From Ruminococcus sp. (lineage in GTDB: Bacteria; Bacillota; Clostridia; Oscillospirales; Ruminococcaceae): a stretch of 44,282 nt of DNA. The notes under the pieces were generated by a model that did not search any database, was not told the origin of the DNA, and saw only the letters and a list, made by a program, of their open reading frames with translations. The DNA is taken from assembly GCA_024697705.1 (NCBI GenBank), contig JAILFF010000030.1, positions 1-44,282 on the forward strand, read 5' to 3'. Below are positions 1 to 9,419 of the stretch, piece after piece. Position numbers and translations under genes: made by a program. Each line of letters begins with the position of its first letter. Within the stretch, counting starts at the first letter, position 1.

Positions 1-147
1 CCTCGCACAGCGTATGACAAAATCTTTTACCATGCTGCTGCGTTGTCCTCCTCACCGGGCGACAGCCCGCTTTCGTCGTCCGCCTTGCATCATGGCAAAA
101 TCTTTTGCCATACGCCGCACGATGGTTAGCGGACAGGTCTAATATTA

Positions 148-176
148 TTATAACAGCTTTTCTGAAATATTGCAAG
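148..176 (-). promoter_or_regulatory. sigma70-type promoter facing the left window edge
   Basis: Minus strand reads TTGCAA-17 nt-TATAAT. Confidence 0.55.
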
Positions 177-285
177 AGAAAAAGCAAAAGTCTTTGGAAG
201 GCGAGGAAAAAAAGCGCGAAGTCGGGTCAAATCAAAACGGAGCGGCAATTCACCGCCGAGCAATGCTTACCACAATAATACGCAC

Positions 286-316
286 AAAAAGGTCGGGGTT
301 GAATCTGCCCCGACCT
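286..316 (-). terminator. Rho-independent terminator after the GH43 gene
   Basis: Minus strand AGGTCGGGG-loop-CCCCGACCT followed by TTTT. Confidence 0.7.
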
Positions 317-344
317 ACATTTAATTATTTAAGCAAGAAATCCG

Positions 345-1742
345 TCATTCAAGCACAAAGGACTTAAGCTGCGGTGAGCCGTTACCCTTGTAGGTGAGAT
401 AAAAAGCGTGAACGCCGTCGGGGATAGCCACGTCCCTGAAGCACGGCTCCCATACGTTAGTGTTCTTCACGGGGAACTCGGCAAGCACCTCGCCGTCCCA
501 TTTAAGCCGAAGCTCGAATTTGCCGTCGCAGTAGGCGCGGGTGTAGATGCCGAAGCGCTTGACACCTTTGCAGTCGAAATACTTGAAGCCCGCCGTCGTG
601 CCGTCCTTTATCTCCGCGATATAGCCCACTTCCTCGTCGCCGTCCCTGCCGTCCTGAACGATCTTCGGCGAACCGGGCGTACCGAGATACAGATGATGCT
701 CGGGCGTGAACAAGTTGCACGCGAGGTACGCGGGATATTCGCCCCTGCCCTCCAAAGCGCCGCCGTTCAAGCCGCACGAGGTCATTTCCGCCTGCGGGAA
801 TCTGCCGTCGGCGGTCAGAGTGAGCTTTTCGGCGCAGCCCTGTCTGCTGTACCAGGTGTTGTTGGTATGGCGGTGGTAGAAGATGTACCAGTCGTCGTTT
901 ATCTGCACGATGCTGCCGTGATTGTTGGCGCCCGGACACATCGGCATATCGGCGGGCTTGTAGCTGTCGATATGCAGGTCGGTATTGCTGACGAGAACGC
1001 CGCCGTACTTGAAGCCTTCAAGCGGGCTGTCGCTCACGGCGTAGCAAAGCTCGTGCATTACTTCGGAAGAGTAGATAAAGTAATACTTCTCCCCGACCTT
1101 GCGGATAGACGAAGCCTCGAAGAAAGCGTGTCCCTCGAACTCGGTTCCCTTGCCGTAACAGGTGCCGGGGACAACAAGCGTCGGCTCGTGGATAACGGTC
1201 AGCATATCCTTGTCGAGCGTGACGACCTTAGAGCCCGTTCTGCTCTTGTCGCCGCGGGGACAGAAGCCGCTGTACAGATAGGTCACATCGCCCTCGGTAA
1301 GAACGCCCGGGTCGAACTGCGGCTCGTCGCCCGCTCTTTCGCCCAAGCGGGTGCCGTCCTTGTAGCGGACGTAGCCCAGAAACTCATATTTTCCCGCGGG
1401 AGTGTCGCACACCGCTACGGAAATAACGCTTATCTTGTCAAGCACGTAATAGAGATAATATCTGCCGTCGGAACCTACGGTAACGTCGGGGGCGTAAAGG
1501 CACATTTTGCCGTCCTTGTTCATGGGGTCGGCATTTCGGGGGTAGATAACGCCCTCATAGCGCCAGCTGCCGAGATCGTCCACGGGCGCCGACCAGCAAA
1601 CATAGTCGCCCATGCAGAAAACGTAGCCGTTCCAGAAGTCGTGCGAGCCGTAAACATAAACTCTGCCGTCGAACACGTAGGGCTCGCCGTCGGGGATATA
1701 TTCCCAGCTCGGCAGATAAGGGTTGAATCCGGTTTTTTTCAT
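345..1742 (-). CDS. Glycoside hydrolase family 43 (xylosidase/arabinofuranosidase-like) with C-terminal CBM6-like domain
   Basis: NPYLP..YIPDGEP, YVYGSHD, LYAPD, QFDPG, FFEAS and NNHGSI motifs of the GH43 five-bladed propeller; C-terminal GFKYFD beta-sandwich; AGGAG RBS; no signal peptide. Confidence 0.88.
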   Translation of the reverse strand: MKKTGFNPYLPSWEYIPDGEPYVFDGRVYVYGSHDFWNGYVFCMGDYVCWSAPVDDLGSWRYEGVIYPRNADPMNKDGKMCLYAPDVTVGSDGRYYLYYVLDKISVISVAVCDTPAGKYEFLGYVRYKDGTRLGERAGDEPQFDPGVLTEGDVTYLYSGFCPRGDKSRTGSKVVTLDKDMLTVIHEPTLVVPGTCYGKGTEFEGHAFFEASSIRKVGEKYYFIYSSEVMHELCYAVSDSPLEGFKYGGVLVSNTDLHIDSYKPADMPMCPGANNHGSIVQINDDWYIFYHRHTNNTWYSRQGCAEKLTLTADGRFPQAEMTSCGLNGGALEGRGEYPAYLACNLFTPEHHLYLGTPGSPKIVQDGRDGDEEVGYIAEIKDGTTAGFKYFDCKGVKRFGIYTRAYCDGKFELRLKWDGEVLAEFPVKNTNVWEPCFRDVAIPDGVHAFYLTYKGNGSPQLKSFVLE

Positions 1743-1761
1743 GGGTATCTCTCCTAAAAAA

Positions 1762-1941
1762 CTATTTCTTTTTATTCTTCTTATACGCCGTTACCGACGT
1801 GCAAAAGCAAAAAAACGCCGCCGCTCCGAGGGCTGTCTGTGCGATAAGGTTATCGGGTCTTGTCAGCGCGATACCGAATGATACCGCACAGGCTATCGTC
1901 CCTATTACGGCGACGATAAATATTATCATCGTGCTTTTCAT
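1762..1941 (-). CDS. Small two-TM membrane protein, 59 aa (not in ORF track)
   Basis: Hand translation MKSTMIIFIVAVIGTIACAVSFGIALTRPDNLIAQTALGAAAFFCFCTSVTAYKKNKKK; fills the gap between esterase and GH43 with about 20 bp spacing on each side; two hydrophobic segments and a Lys-rich tail. Confidence 0.6.
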   Translation of the reverse strand: MKSTMIIFIVAVIGTIACAVSFGIALTRPDNLIAQTALGAAAFFCFCTSVTAYKKNKKK

Positions 1942-1963
1942 AATAAACCTATCATTTCTGTGC

Positions 1964-3463
1964 TTATTTCAGCAGGAATTTCACAAATTCGTCGTCCTCG
2001 GTTTTCGGCTTGGCTCCGTTTGGCGTAAATTCCATTTCGTTTCGGTCGGAGTCGGTGTAGGGCTTCCACTCGGGCAGCTTATTGCCGTTGATGTCACAGC
2101 CGTTCGGGTCGCCCGTCTTGATGAAATTGCACCAGTAATCGCACATCTGCCGCGCTATGTCGTAATGCCTGCCCTCGTAGGGACGGCTGCACTTCGCAAG
2201 CGTTTCAAAGAAGAACCACAGATCGCAGGAATGGAACGTGCCGGGGTCGTCCTCGCCGGGAATGTCGGGGATAAAGCGGTAATAATAGCAGTTCTGCGAC
2301 TTCGCCAGCCTGCCCTCGTCCATGAACGCCGTCTTTACTCCGATCTCGGGAGCGCTTACGGGAGCATAGCCGCCTTCTGCCTTCACATGAGCTTCGGGGA
2401 AGGCTAAGAATTCCTCCGAGCGGTCGCCGAAATATTTGTACGCAAGCGTTCTGAGCTCGTCCTCGTTTTCGGCGTGGATTACCTCCTTGAACTCGTCGCC
2501 CGTATTGCCCGCCATAACGGGAACGCGGGTGCGGCTGCCGTCAAGAAATGCGTCCATCGGGTTGCCGACGTTGAATTTGCCGTCGTTTACGATGTTAAAG
2601 AACATCTCGCCGCGGTTGCGCAGCTCGGAATACTTCTCGCGGATAAAATTCGCGTCGAGCTTTCTTGCTTCTTCGAGCGTTTCAACGCCAAGATATTCAA
2701 ACAGACGCTTGCCCAAAAGCCCCGCCTGATCGAGGGGCAGCGGGATAAAGAAGCGGTTTATCTCGTAGGGACCGGAGAACATACCGCTCATAACGGTAGC
2801 TCGGTTGAAAAGCCCGTCGTTTTCGGGGCAGGACATCTGCGCCATAACGCTGCCGCCGCCCGCCGACTGACCCGCTATCGTGATATTATCGGGGTCGCCG
2901 CCGAAATTGGCGATATTGCGTTTTACCCAGCGGATACCCGCCTGCTGATCGAGGCTCCCGAAGTTGCAGGGGGCGTCGGGCTGTTCGGCGGTAAGCTGCG
3001 GGTGAGCGAGGAATCCAAAGGCTCCGAGGCGGTAATTGACGGTAACTACGACGATGCCGCGGCGGGCGATTCTTTCGCCGTCGAATTCCATTTCGGCGGT
3101 ATAGCCCCACTGGAAGCCGCCGCCGAAGAACCACACGAGAACGGGCAGTTTTTCGTCGGGCGTTTTGGCGTTCGTCCATATATTAAGATACAGGCAGTCC
3201 TCGCTCATGGGGATCTCGGGGTCAACGTGCCATTCGCGGCAGTAGATATCGGTACCGATGCCCGGGGTATCCTGCACGGAGATCGGTGCAAATTCAAAGC
3301 AGTCGCGCACTCCGTCCCAATTTTCGGCGGGCTGAGGCGCTCTCCAGCGGTTTTCGCCGACGGGCGGGGCAGCGAAAGGAACTCCCTTAAAGGCGGTTAT
3401 TCTTGGGTCTGCGGCGGGCAGACCGCGCACCCTGCCGTTTTCGGTATCTGCAATGCGTATCAT
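1964..3463 (-). CDS. Type-B carboxylesterase (PnbA-like)
   Basis: FKGVPFAAPP, SEDCLYLNIW, GGGF oxyanion hole, GQSAGG nucleophile elbow, GTFHS catalytic His; start moved to ATG 3463 (AGGAG RBS). Confidence 0.9.
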   Translation of the reverse strand: MIRIADTENGRVRGLPAADPRITAFKGVPFAAPPVGENRWRAPQPAENWDGVRDCFEFAPISVQDTPGIGTDIYCREWHVDPEIPMSEDCLYLNIWTNAKTPDEKLPVLVWFFGGGFQWGYTAEMEFDGERIARRGIVVVTVNYRLGAFGFLAHPQLTAEQPDAPCNFGSLDQQAGIRWVKRNIANFGGDPDNITIAGQSAGGGSVMAQMSCPENDGLFNRATVMSGMFSGPYEINRFFIPLPLDQAGLLGKRLFEYLGVETLEEARKLDANFIREKYSELRNRGEMFFNIVNDGKFNVGNPMDAFLDGSRTRVPVMAGNTGDEFKEVIHAENEDELRTLAYKYFGDRSEEFLAFPEAHVKAEGGYAPVSAPEIGVKTAFMDEGRLAKSQNCYYYRFIPDIPGEDDPGTFHSCDLWFFFETLAKCSRPYEGRHYDIARQMCDYWCNFIKTGDPNGCDINGNKLPEWKPYTDSDRNEMEFTPNGAKPKTEDDEFVKFLLK

Positions 3464-3695
3464 TGTACTTGTCAGCTCCTTTATATAGTATAAGATTATT
3501 TCGTTTGATACTTCATACAATGATAACATAATTATATGTAATTTACAAGAAGATTTTAGCAAAGTATTGACCGATTATTGCGGAATTTGTGTATAAAAAA
3601 TTAAAGTCTCGGGAAGGGGGCGGCGGCATTAACTTTTGTTAATGCAGGCAAGCTCGTGTGGGGGATGACCCTTCCTAAGACTTTTGGTTCTTCTT

Positions 3696-4517
3696 TTACA
3701 CTGTTATCTCAGATATTTTTATCCTTGAAAGAAACTGCTCCCGCGTTATCTGCGAAAGATTGTCGATAAGCTCCGCACGGAAAGTCCCCGTCCCGCGGAA
3801 ATTCTCCGCCGCTGTCTCGCCGCAGATGTTCATAAGACTCACTGCCGCAGCACACGCGAGCATTCCTCCGCCGACCGTCAGCGAAAACGCCCCGATAAGC
3901 GCCCCCGTCATGCAGCCCGTGCCCGTGACCGCCGCAAGGTGCGGAGTGCCGTTCTCAAAGGTGTACACCGTCTTGCCGTCCGAAAGACGGTCCTTATCGC
4001 CTGTAACAAGCACCGGACAGCCGTATTTCTGCGCCGCTTTTTTCGACAGCCACGCAGTGTAGGGATTGTCGTCGCCGAAGGGTATGTGCATCTGTTCTTT
4101 TTCGCCGACCGCCGCGGAAATTTCGTGCATATTGCCCTTTATCGCGGAAATGCGAAGCTCCTTCGTCAGACGGGCGAACCATTTCTGCCGGAAAGCGCTT
4201 GCCTGCAAGCCTACGGGGTCGAGTATCACGGGAATGAGCTTTTTGTTCGCGGCTTTGCCCGAAAGGAGCATCGCCCGCCCGCGCTCCTCCGAAAGCGTAC
4301 CCATGTTCAGCACGAGCGCCCCCGAATCGGCAGTGATCTCGGCGGATTCGTCGGGGCTGTCAGCCATAACGGGGGTCGCGCCGACAGCAAGCACTGCGTT
4401 TGCGCAGTCGGCAGCCGCGACGTAGTTCATTATGCAGTGTACGCGCTCTTTTCTGACGAAAATTTTGCGGAGGTCGCTTATCACCCGCCACAGGTTCTCC
4501 GGGGTGATATCATACAT
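3696..4517 (-). CDS. thiM: Hydroxyethylthiazole kinase
   Basis: HCIMNYV, LVLNMGTL, ILDPVG, IKGN and VTGTGC motifs; downstream of thiW; ATG 4517 overlaps the thiW stop and has a GGGAG RBS (alternative start 4532). Confidence 0.9.
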   Translation of the reverse strand: MYDITPENLWRVISDLRKIFVRKERVHCIMNYVAAADCANAVLAVGATPVMADSPDESAEITADSGALVLNMGTLSEERGRAMLLSGKAANKKLIPVILDPVGLQASAFRQKWFARLTKELRISAIKGNMHEISAAVGEKEQMHIPFGDDNPYTAWLSKKAAQKYGCPVLVTGDKDRLSDGKTVYTFENGTPHLAAVTGTGCMTGALIGAFSLTVGGGMLACAAAVSLMNICGETAAENFRGTGTFRAELIDNLSQITREQFLSRIKISEITV

Positions 4518-5040
4518 TTCCGGTACTCCCATCCAGCGAAGCCGAAGCGCGTTTCAGCACGCCCGATTTGTCAAGCGCTTCGAGCAGGATAAAGCCTATC
4601 ACCGCGCCGCCCGCGCTCGAAACGAAAAACGGCAGCACAAAGCCGAACAGCGCCGCGCTTTCGGAATTCATGATGAATTTCGCCACGGGGAAAGCGACAA
4701 TTCCGCCGAGAACAGCTGTTCCGAAGACCTCGCCCGCCGCCGCGAGGGGCAGCCATTTCTTGACCTTATGGAAAACAAGTCCCGCCAGTACCGCGCCGAA
4801 TATCGACCCGGGAAAAGCAAGCAGCGTACCCGTGCCGAGCAGATTTCTGATAAGTGCGCAGCAGAAGCCCACGCCCGCCGCGTACCAGGGACCCAGCAGC
4901 ACTCCGCTCAGAACGTTTACGAAAGCCTGCGCGGGGCAGCATTTCGACGCGCCTATCGGGAAATTGACAGGGCTCGCGGCAACGCCGATAGCGACAAGCA
5001 TAGCCGCAAGGCAGAGTTTTTTGATCTGTGTTTTGTTCAT
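4510..5040 (-). CDS. thiW: ECF transporter S component ThiW (thiazole)
   Basis: PAQAFVNVLSGVLLGPWY and IRNLLGTGTLLAFPGSIFG signature; hydrophobic; coupled to thiM. Confidence 0.9.
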   Translation of the reverse strand: MNKTQIKKLCLAAMLVAIGVAASPVNFPIGASKCCPAQAFVNVLSGVLLGPWYAAGVGFCCALIRNLLGTGTLLAFPGSIFGAVLAGLVFHKVKKWLPLAAAGEVFGTAVLGGIVAFPVAKFIMNSESAALFGFVLPFFVSSAGGAVIGFILLEALDKSGVLKRASASLDGSTGNV

Positions 5041-5071
5041 GGAAAATTCCCTCTTTCAGAAAAAATTCGCT

Positions 5072-5136
5072 AAAAAAGAAACAGCGCCCCGGAGTCTGTA
5101 CCGATGGTGGTACACCCCTAACGCGCTGTTTCGTTC
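5072..5136 (-). ncRNA. Probable HMP-PP (thiS-motif) riboswitch: aptamer embedded in an intrinsic terminator
   Basis: Leader GAAACAGCGC-GTTAGGGG-TGTACC ACCATC GGTACA-GACTCCGGG-GCGCTGTTTC-TTTTTT lies between the promoter and thiW; no TPP-riboswitch CTGAGA/ACCTGA motifs. Confidence 0.65.
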
Positions 5137-5142
5137 AAGTCT

Positions 5143-5171
5143 ATTTTATCACAAAGCGGCTGTGATGTCAA
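5143..5171 (-). promoter_or_regulatory. sigma70 promoter of thiW-thiM
   Basis: TTGACA-17-TAAAAT. Confidence 0.75.
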
Positions 5172-5221
5172 TAGCTTTTGACGGAGATCATATCCCGCAC
5201 AGGTAAAAATTCTGTGAACTC

Positions 5222-7414
5222 TTACACCCTGATGAAATGCATAAGCTTCGAGCGATAATCCCCGGGAATGTTCGGGATCAACACGCCGCACTCCATGAGC
5301 GCCGCGCCCGAGAGCTTCACGTCGGGCTTGCTCTCTTCATAATAGTATTCCTTCGGGTCGAGACCCTTCATCCTGATGCGGCGGCTGCGGCGGTTCGGGC
5401 GCGAAACCGACTGCACGAACTCGAACAGCGCCTCGCTTTTGTCCTTTGCCACAAACGCCCATGCGTCCCACTCCGCGTCCTCGAACACGCTGCCGATACG
5501 GTAGTGGTCGCCCGTGCGCACAAGATGATTGTACTTTTTGAACTCCTCGATCTGTCCGGGGATAGCGTCGCGGTCTGCCTGTGGTATGCGCGTGACGTCA
5601 AGCTCGTAGCCGAAGGTGCCGACCATCGCCACATGACCCCGCGTCTCAAAAGGCACAGTCCTGCCCGTGATGTGGTTCGGGCAGTCGGAAACGTGCGCAC
5701 CCATCGCCGAACAGGGATAGCACATCGAGGTTCCCGCCTGAATTTTCAGCCGCTCGATGGCGTCGGTGTCGTCCGAACACCATATCTGCGGCGAGTAGTA
5801 CAGCATACCCGGGTCGAAACGCGCTCCTCCCCCCGAGCAGTTTTCGAGCAGTATATGCGGGTAGTCGGTCGTGAGCCTGTTCATAAGGTCGTACACGCCG
5901 AGAACGTAGCGGTGCCAAAGCTCGCGCTGTCTCTCGGGCGGAAGAGCGGCTGACGCGACCTCCGTAAGCTGACGGTTCATATCCCATTTGATATATTCAA
6001 TGTTCGCGTTGTCGAGAATGTTCTTTATCATGCCGTAAACGCAGTCGCGGACTTCCTTGCGGGAGTAGTCAAGCACGCACTGGTCGCGGCAGAGGGTGAG
6101 CGTCCTCCCCTTAGTCTGTATCGCCCAGTCGGGGTGAGCGCGGAAAAGCTCGGAGTCTGGGGAGATCATCTCGGGCTCGAACCAAAGCCCGAACTTCATG
6201 CCGAGAGCGTTCACCTTGTCCACAAGCGCTTTCAAGCCGCCCGCAAGCTTCTTTTCGTTGACGAACCAGTCGCCGAGCGAACAATTGTCGCTGTCACGCT
6301 TGCCGAACCAGCCGTCGTCCATAACAAGCATTTCAATACCGAGTGCCGAAGCCTGCTCCGCGATCTTCACGAGCTTTTCGGCGTTGAAATCGAAGTAGGT
6401 GGCTTCCCAGTTGTTGATGAGTATCGGGCGGCGCTTGTCTTTGTATTCGCCGCGGATAAGGTGACGGCGGTAGAGGTCGTGGAACGTGCGCGACATCTGT
6501 CCCAAGCCGCTGTCGGAGTAGACCATTACGACCTCGGGCGCGGTGAATACCTCTTCGGGAGCGAGCGTCCATTCAAAATCGGTGCCGTGGATACCCATGA
6601 GATAGCGCGTCTGACGGTGCTGATCGACTTCCGCTTCGGAGACGAAATTGCCCGAGTAGACAAAATTGAAGCCCCACGCCTTGCCGCTGTCCTCGTCGGT
6701 CTTGTGTTCGCAGAGGGCGGTGAAGGGGTTGTTCTGGTGGCTCGATTCGCCGCGCAGCGAGTCGATAAGCTGCTTACCGCGCCTTATCGGGTGCCTTTCG
6801 ACGAAGCGTTCACGCGCCCATGAGCCGTTCAGCGTTATCATATCAAGCTCGTCGGTGTCGAACTCAACGACTGCCGAAAGCACGCGGGTGAGCTTGACGT
6901 TTTCGCCGCCGACATTTTTGACTGCTGCCGAGCGGGTGATGGCGTTAAGCCCCTCGAAGGCGGTGTAGACGAGGGTCACTTCAAGCCCCGCGGACTTGTC
7001 CTCCATAACAATTTCGAGCGTCTGTGCCTCGTCCGGGGAGTTTACGAACGTCGCGGGGAGACCTTCGAGAGCGGACTTGCCGTCGTAGATCTTATGCGAC
7101 TTGTAGCGCAGGTCGCAGGCGGCGGAGCCTGTTTTGTCGATGATGGAGAGGGCGTGTTCGCGGTAGTCTCCGATGTTGTAGCAGGGGTATTCAAAGGGCA
7201 GGTTGTCCATGAACACGCCGCGGTCGCGGTTATTGACTTCGGGGGTGAAGGGGTAGGTGTCAAGGCGCAGGAGATAGGAAAGGTCGTCGTCGGGGAGAGC
7301 GGTGCCGTAGTAAACGTGTGCGAGGTAGTTTTCGGAAACTACGGCGAGGATATAGCAGCTGTTTCCGGCGGTAAGTTTAAAGCTGCGGGATTTTTCGTTG
7401 TAGATTATTGACAT
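5222..7414 (-). CDS. Alpha-galactosidase, GH36
   Basis: INNWEATYFDF, VMDDGWFG, FGLWFEPEM, YIKWDMNR, ENCSGGGARFD and WCSDDTD motifs; GGAGG RBS. Confidence 0.95.
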   Translation of the reverse strand: MSIIYNEKSRSFKLTAGNSCYILAVVSENYLAHVYYGTALPDDDLSYLLRLDTYPFTPEVNNRDRGVFMDNLPFEYPCYNIGDYREHALSIIDKTGSAACDLRYKSHKIYDGKSALEGLPATFVNSPDEAQTLEIVMEDKSAGLEVTLVYTAFEGLNAITRSAAVKNVGGENVKLTRVLSAVVEFDTDELDMITLNGSWARERFVERHPIRRGKQLIDSLRGESSHQNNPFTALCEHKTDEDSGKAWGFNFVYSGNFVSEAEVDQHRQTRYLMGIHGTDFEWTLAPEEVFTAPEVVMVYSDSGLGQMSRTFHDLYRRHLIRGEYKDKRRPILINNWEATYFDFNAEKLVKIAEQASALGIEMLVMDDGWFGKRDSDNCSLGDWFVNEKKLAGGLKALVDKVNALGMKFGLWFEPEMISPDSELFRAHPDWAIQTKGRTLTLCRDQCVLDYSRKEVRDCVYGMIKNILDNANIEYIKWDMNRQLTEVASAALPPERQRELWHRYVLGVYDLMNRLTTDYPHILLENCSGGGARFDPGMLYYSPQIWCSDDTDAIERLKIQAGTSMCYPCSAMGAHVSDCPNHITGRTVPFETRGHVAMVGTFGYELDVTRIPQADRDAIPGQIEEFKKYNHLVRTGDHYRIGSVFEDAEWDAWAFVAKDKSEALFEFVQSVSRPNRRSRRIRMKGLDPKEYYYEESKPDVKLSGAALMECGVLIPNIPGDYRSKLMHFIRV

Positions 7415-7498
7415 AGTATTCCTCCGATCAGAAAAAGATAATAGTTAACAGATAAAAGATGTTGTGGATTGCAAACCCTACGAATACCGCAAAGTGAG

Positions 7499-7811
7499 GG
7501 CAAACCAAAAGTCTTAGGAAGGGGGTCCGGGGGATAACCCTTCTTCAGAAGGGTTTCCCCCAGAGACTGAGCGGTTAAAGTCTCATGAGAAATGGCGAGC
7601 ATTTAATCGGTTCAAAATAAAATCGGCAATTTCAAGAAAAGCCCGCAAAAAAGCGCAAACGAATAAATCGGCAAGACGTGACAAAAACAAGTAAATTGCC
7701 GATTTTATTTTGCGGAAGAGCGAAGCGATTTCCGCAAAAGGAATTACGCAAGACAGGGGGATATTCGACACGGCGTGGAGTTTTCACGGGCGAGCAATGC
7801 TCGCACCTACA
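7499..7811. repeat. Composite intergenic repeat cluster (REP-like)
   Basis: GGCAAACCAAAAGTCTT(A/G)GGAAGGGG recurs near 42065 and inverted at 3668-3690; AATTGCCGATTTTAT recurs near 30647 and 36485; GCAATGCTCGC..CTACA recurs near 36639. Confidence 0.7.
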
Positions 7812-8084
7812 GTACAGGCATTGCAGAGAAGGCAAAATATGCATATCAAGCGTGCAGCCGCCTTACAAGGTATTTGATAATATATTTACAATGATTATAT
7901 CACAACATTTCCGCCATTTCAAGCGTATATTATTAAAATCATATAATGATATTCGCCGCTCTGCGGAACCCTGTAAATTTCTGCCGCAGCCGCCTGTCCC
8001 GCGTCATTTTCAGCATTATGCATTAGCTGAGATATGAATTTGTGGGTATTATTGCAAAAATAGTGAATTCTCAGAAAAAATGTA

Positions 8085-8113
8085 TTGACATTTAATAAAA
8101 TTTGATGTATAAT
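8085..8113 (+). promoter_or_regulatory. Consensus sigma70 promoter
   Basis: TTGACA-17-TATAAT. Confidence 0.8.
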
Positions 8114-8239
8114 ATAAATTAATATAGGCTAAATATATGTGTGTAAGTCGGACACGCCCGGGCGGGTCTGTTTTTTGACGCTTTAAGCCGCATATATTGC
8201 CTTTCACTTAATAAAAAATTTTGAGGGAGGATACCGTCA

Positions 8240-9370
8240 ATGGCTGAAAGCAGGTTTATCAGAACAGTTACCTACGGGGGATTTGACAGGAACGATGTAA
8301 ATAAAAGACTGGAGTATCTTTACGGTCAGCTTTACGAGCTGAAAAACGAGCTGCGCGAGGCAAAGCGCATCGCCGATGAGTTCCGTAAGGGTTCTTCGGA
8401 GGAAAAGGCTCACGAAAGCGTGCTTGCCGTCGAAAGAACAAAGCTTACCGACGAGCTCGTGCAGAACGAAAAGCTTACCGCCAAATTAAAGACTGCCGAA
8501 GAGGACGCAAAGGCTCTTGAGGATCAGATCGCGGGGATCAAAAAAGAAAATCAGGCTTTGAGAGACGAGCTTAAAAGAGCGATGGACAGACTCGCGGCAT
8601 TTGAGGCAGGCACCGACGCCGCGGCTCTCAGCACCGTTTTCATAGAGGCGCAGAAGTCGGCAAATCTTATCATCGAAAACGCCCGTAAGGAGGCTGAGGA
8701 AAAGACCGCCGACGCCCAAAAGCTCGCGGAGGATACCGTGGCTGAGGCTAACAACTCCGCAAAACAGATAGTTTTCAACGCCGAAAAGGAAGCGGCTCAG
8801 ATCACCGCCGAAGCAAAGAATCATTCCGAAGAGATGAAGGCGGCTTCGGGCAACTTAAGAGCCGTGCTTATAAAGGATATCGAAAAGATGCAGTCCGATG
8901 TGGACAGGCTCAAGGGCATTTTCGCCGAGCTTGAAAAGAACGGTCTCGCGGGTCTTGCCGACTCCGAGCAGGTTCTCGGAAGCGCCCGCGGAAAGCTTAC
9001 GGAGGGCGGCGTTCCCGTATTCAAGAATCCCGACGTATCCGACGCCGAGATCCCCGCCGAGCCCGAATACGAGCAGGTAAATACCGATTACCGTCAGAAC
9101 GTTGACAAGGAAGCCGAAAAGAAGAAGCTGGAAGAACTTGAAAAGCTCCGGGCTATGGCGGCTTCTATCGGCGGCGGCAAGCCCAAGGAGGACAAGAGCG
9201 CCGCAAAGGCGGCTGCCGATCTTGAAGAGCTCACCAAAATGGCGGCTTCTCTCGACGAAAATGCCGATAAGCCTGCCGAAGCTCCCGAGCCCGCACCTGC
9301 CGAGGAAAAGCCCGCGTCGGGCGGCGTGAGCCTTGAAGAGCTTATGAAGCAGGCTGCTTCGCTGAAATAA
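8240..9370 (+). CDS. DivIVA-like coiled-coil protein
   Basis: N-terminal FIRTVTYGGFDRNDVNKRLE resembles the DivIVA F..x.GY...EV..FL motif; long Ala/Glu/Lys coiled coil including AQKSANLIIENARKEAE; GGAGG RBS. Confidence 0.65.
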   Translation: MAESRFIRTVTYGGFDRNDVNKRLEYLYGQLYELKNELREAKRIADEFRKGSSEEKAHESVLAVERTKLTDELVQNEKLTAKLKTAEEDAKALEDQIAGIKKENQALRDELKRAMDRLAAFEAGTDAAALSTVFIEAQKSANLIIENARKEAEEKTADAQKLAEDTVAEANNSAKQIVFNAEKEAAQITAEAKNHSEEMKAASGNLRAVLIKDIEKMQSDVDRLKGIFAELEKNGLAGLADSEQVLGSARGKLTEGGVPVFKNPDVSDAEIPAEPEYEQVNTDYRQNVDKEAEKKKLEELEKLRAMAASIGGGKPKEDKSAAKAAADLEELTKMAASLDENADKPAEAPEPAPAEEKPASGGVSLEELMKQAASLK

Positions 9371-9419
9371 AATATCCTGCTTTTCATACGAATTTAGTTA
9401 ATAAGGAGTTGTTAAATAT

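Noticed and set aside
408-1757. Long antisense ORFs (408-1757, 2474-3493, 9384-10736, 14152-15336, 17958-19358, 28282-29583, 34338-35573, 38692-39978 and others)
   Set aside because: They mirror well-supported genes on the opposite strand, have no motifs or RBS, and are expected from GC-rich codon bias.
5041-5171. TPP riboswitch upstream of thiW
   Set aside because: Leader too short and lacks CTGAGA and ACCTGA..TAATGC motifs.
7405-8037. Short ORFs in repeat-rich intergenic regions (also 30583-30858, 36214-36718, 41998-42339)
   Set aside because: Translations of palindromic repeat DNA with no RBS or coding bias.
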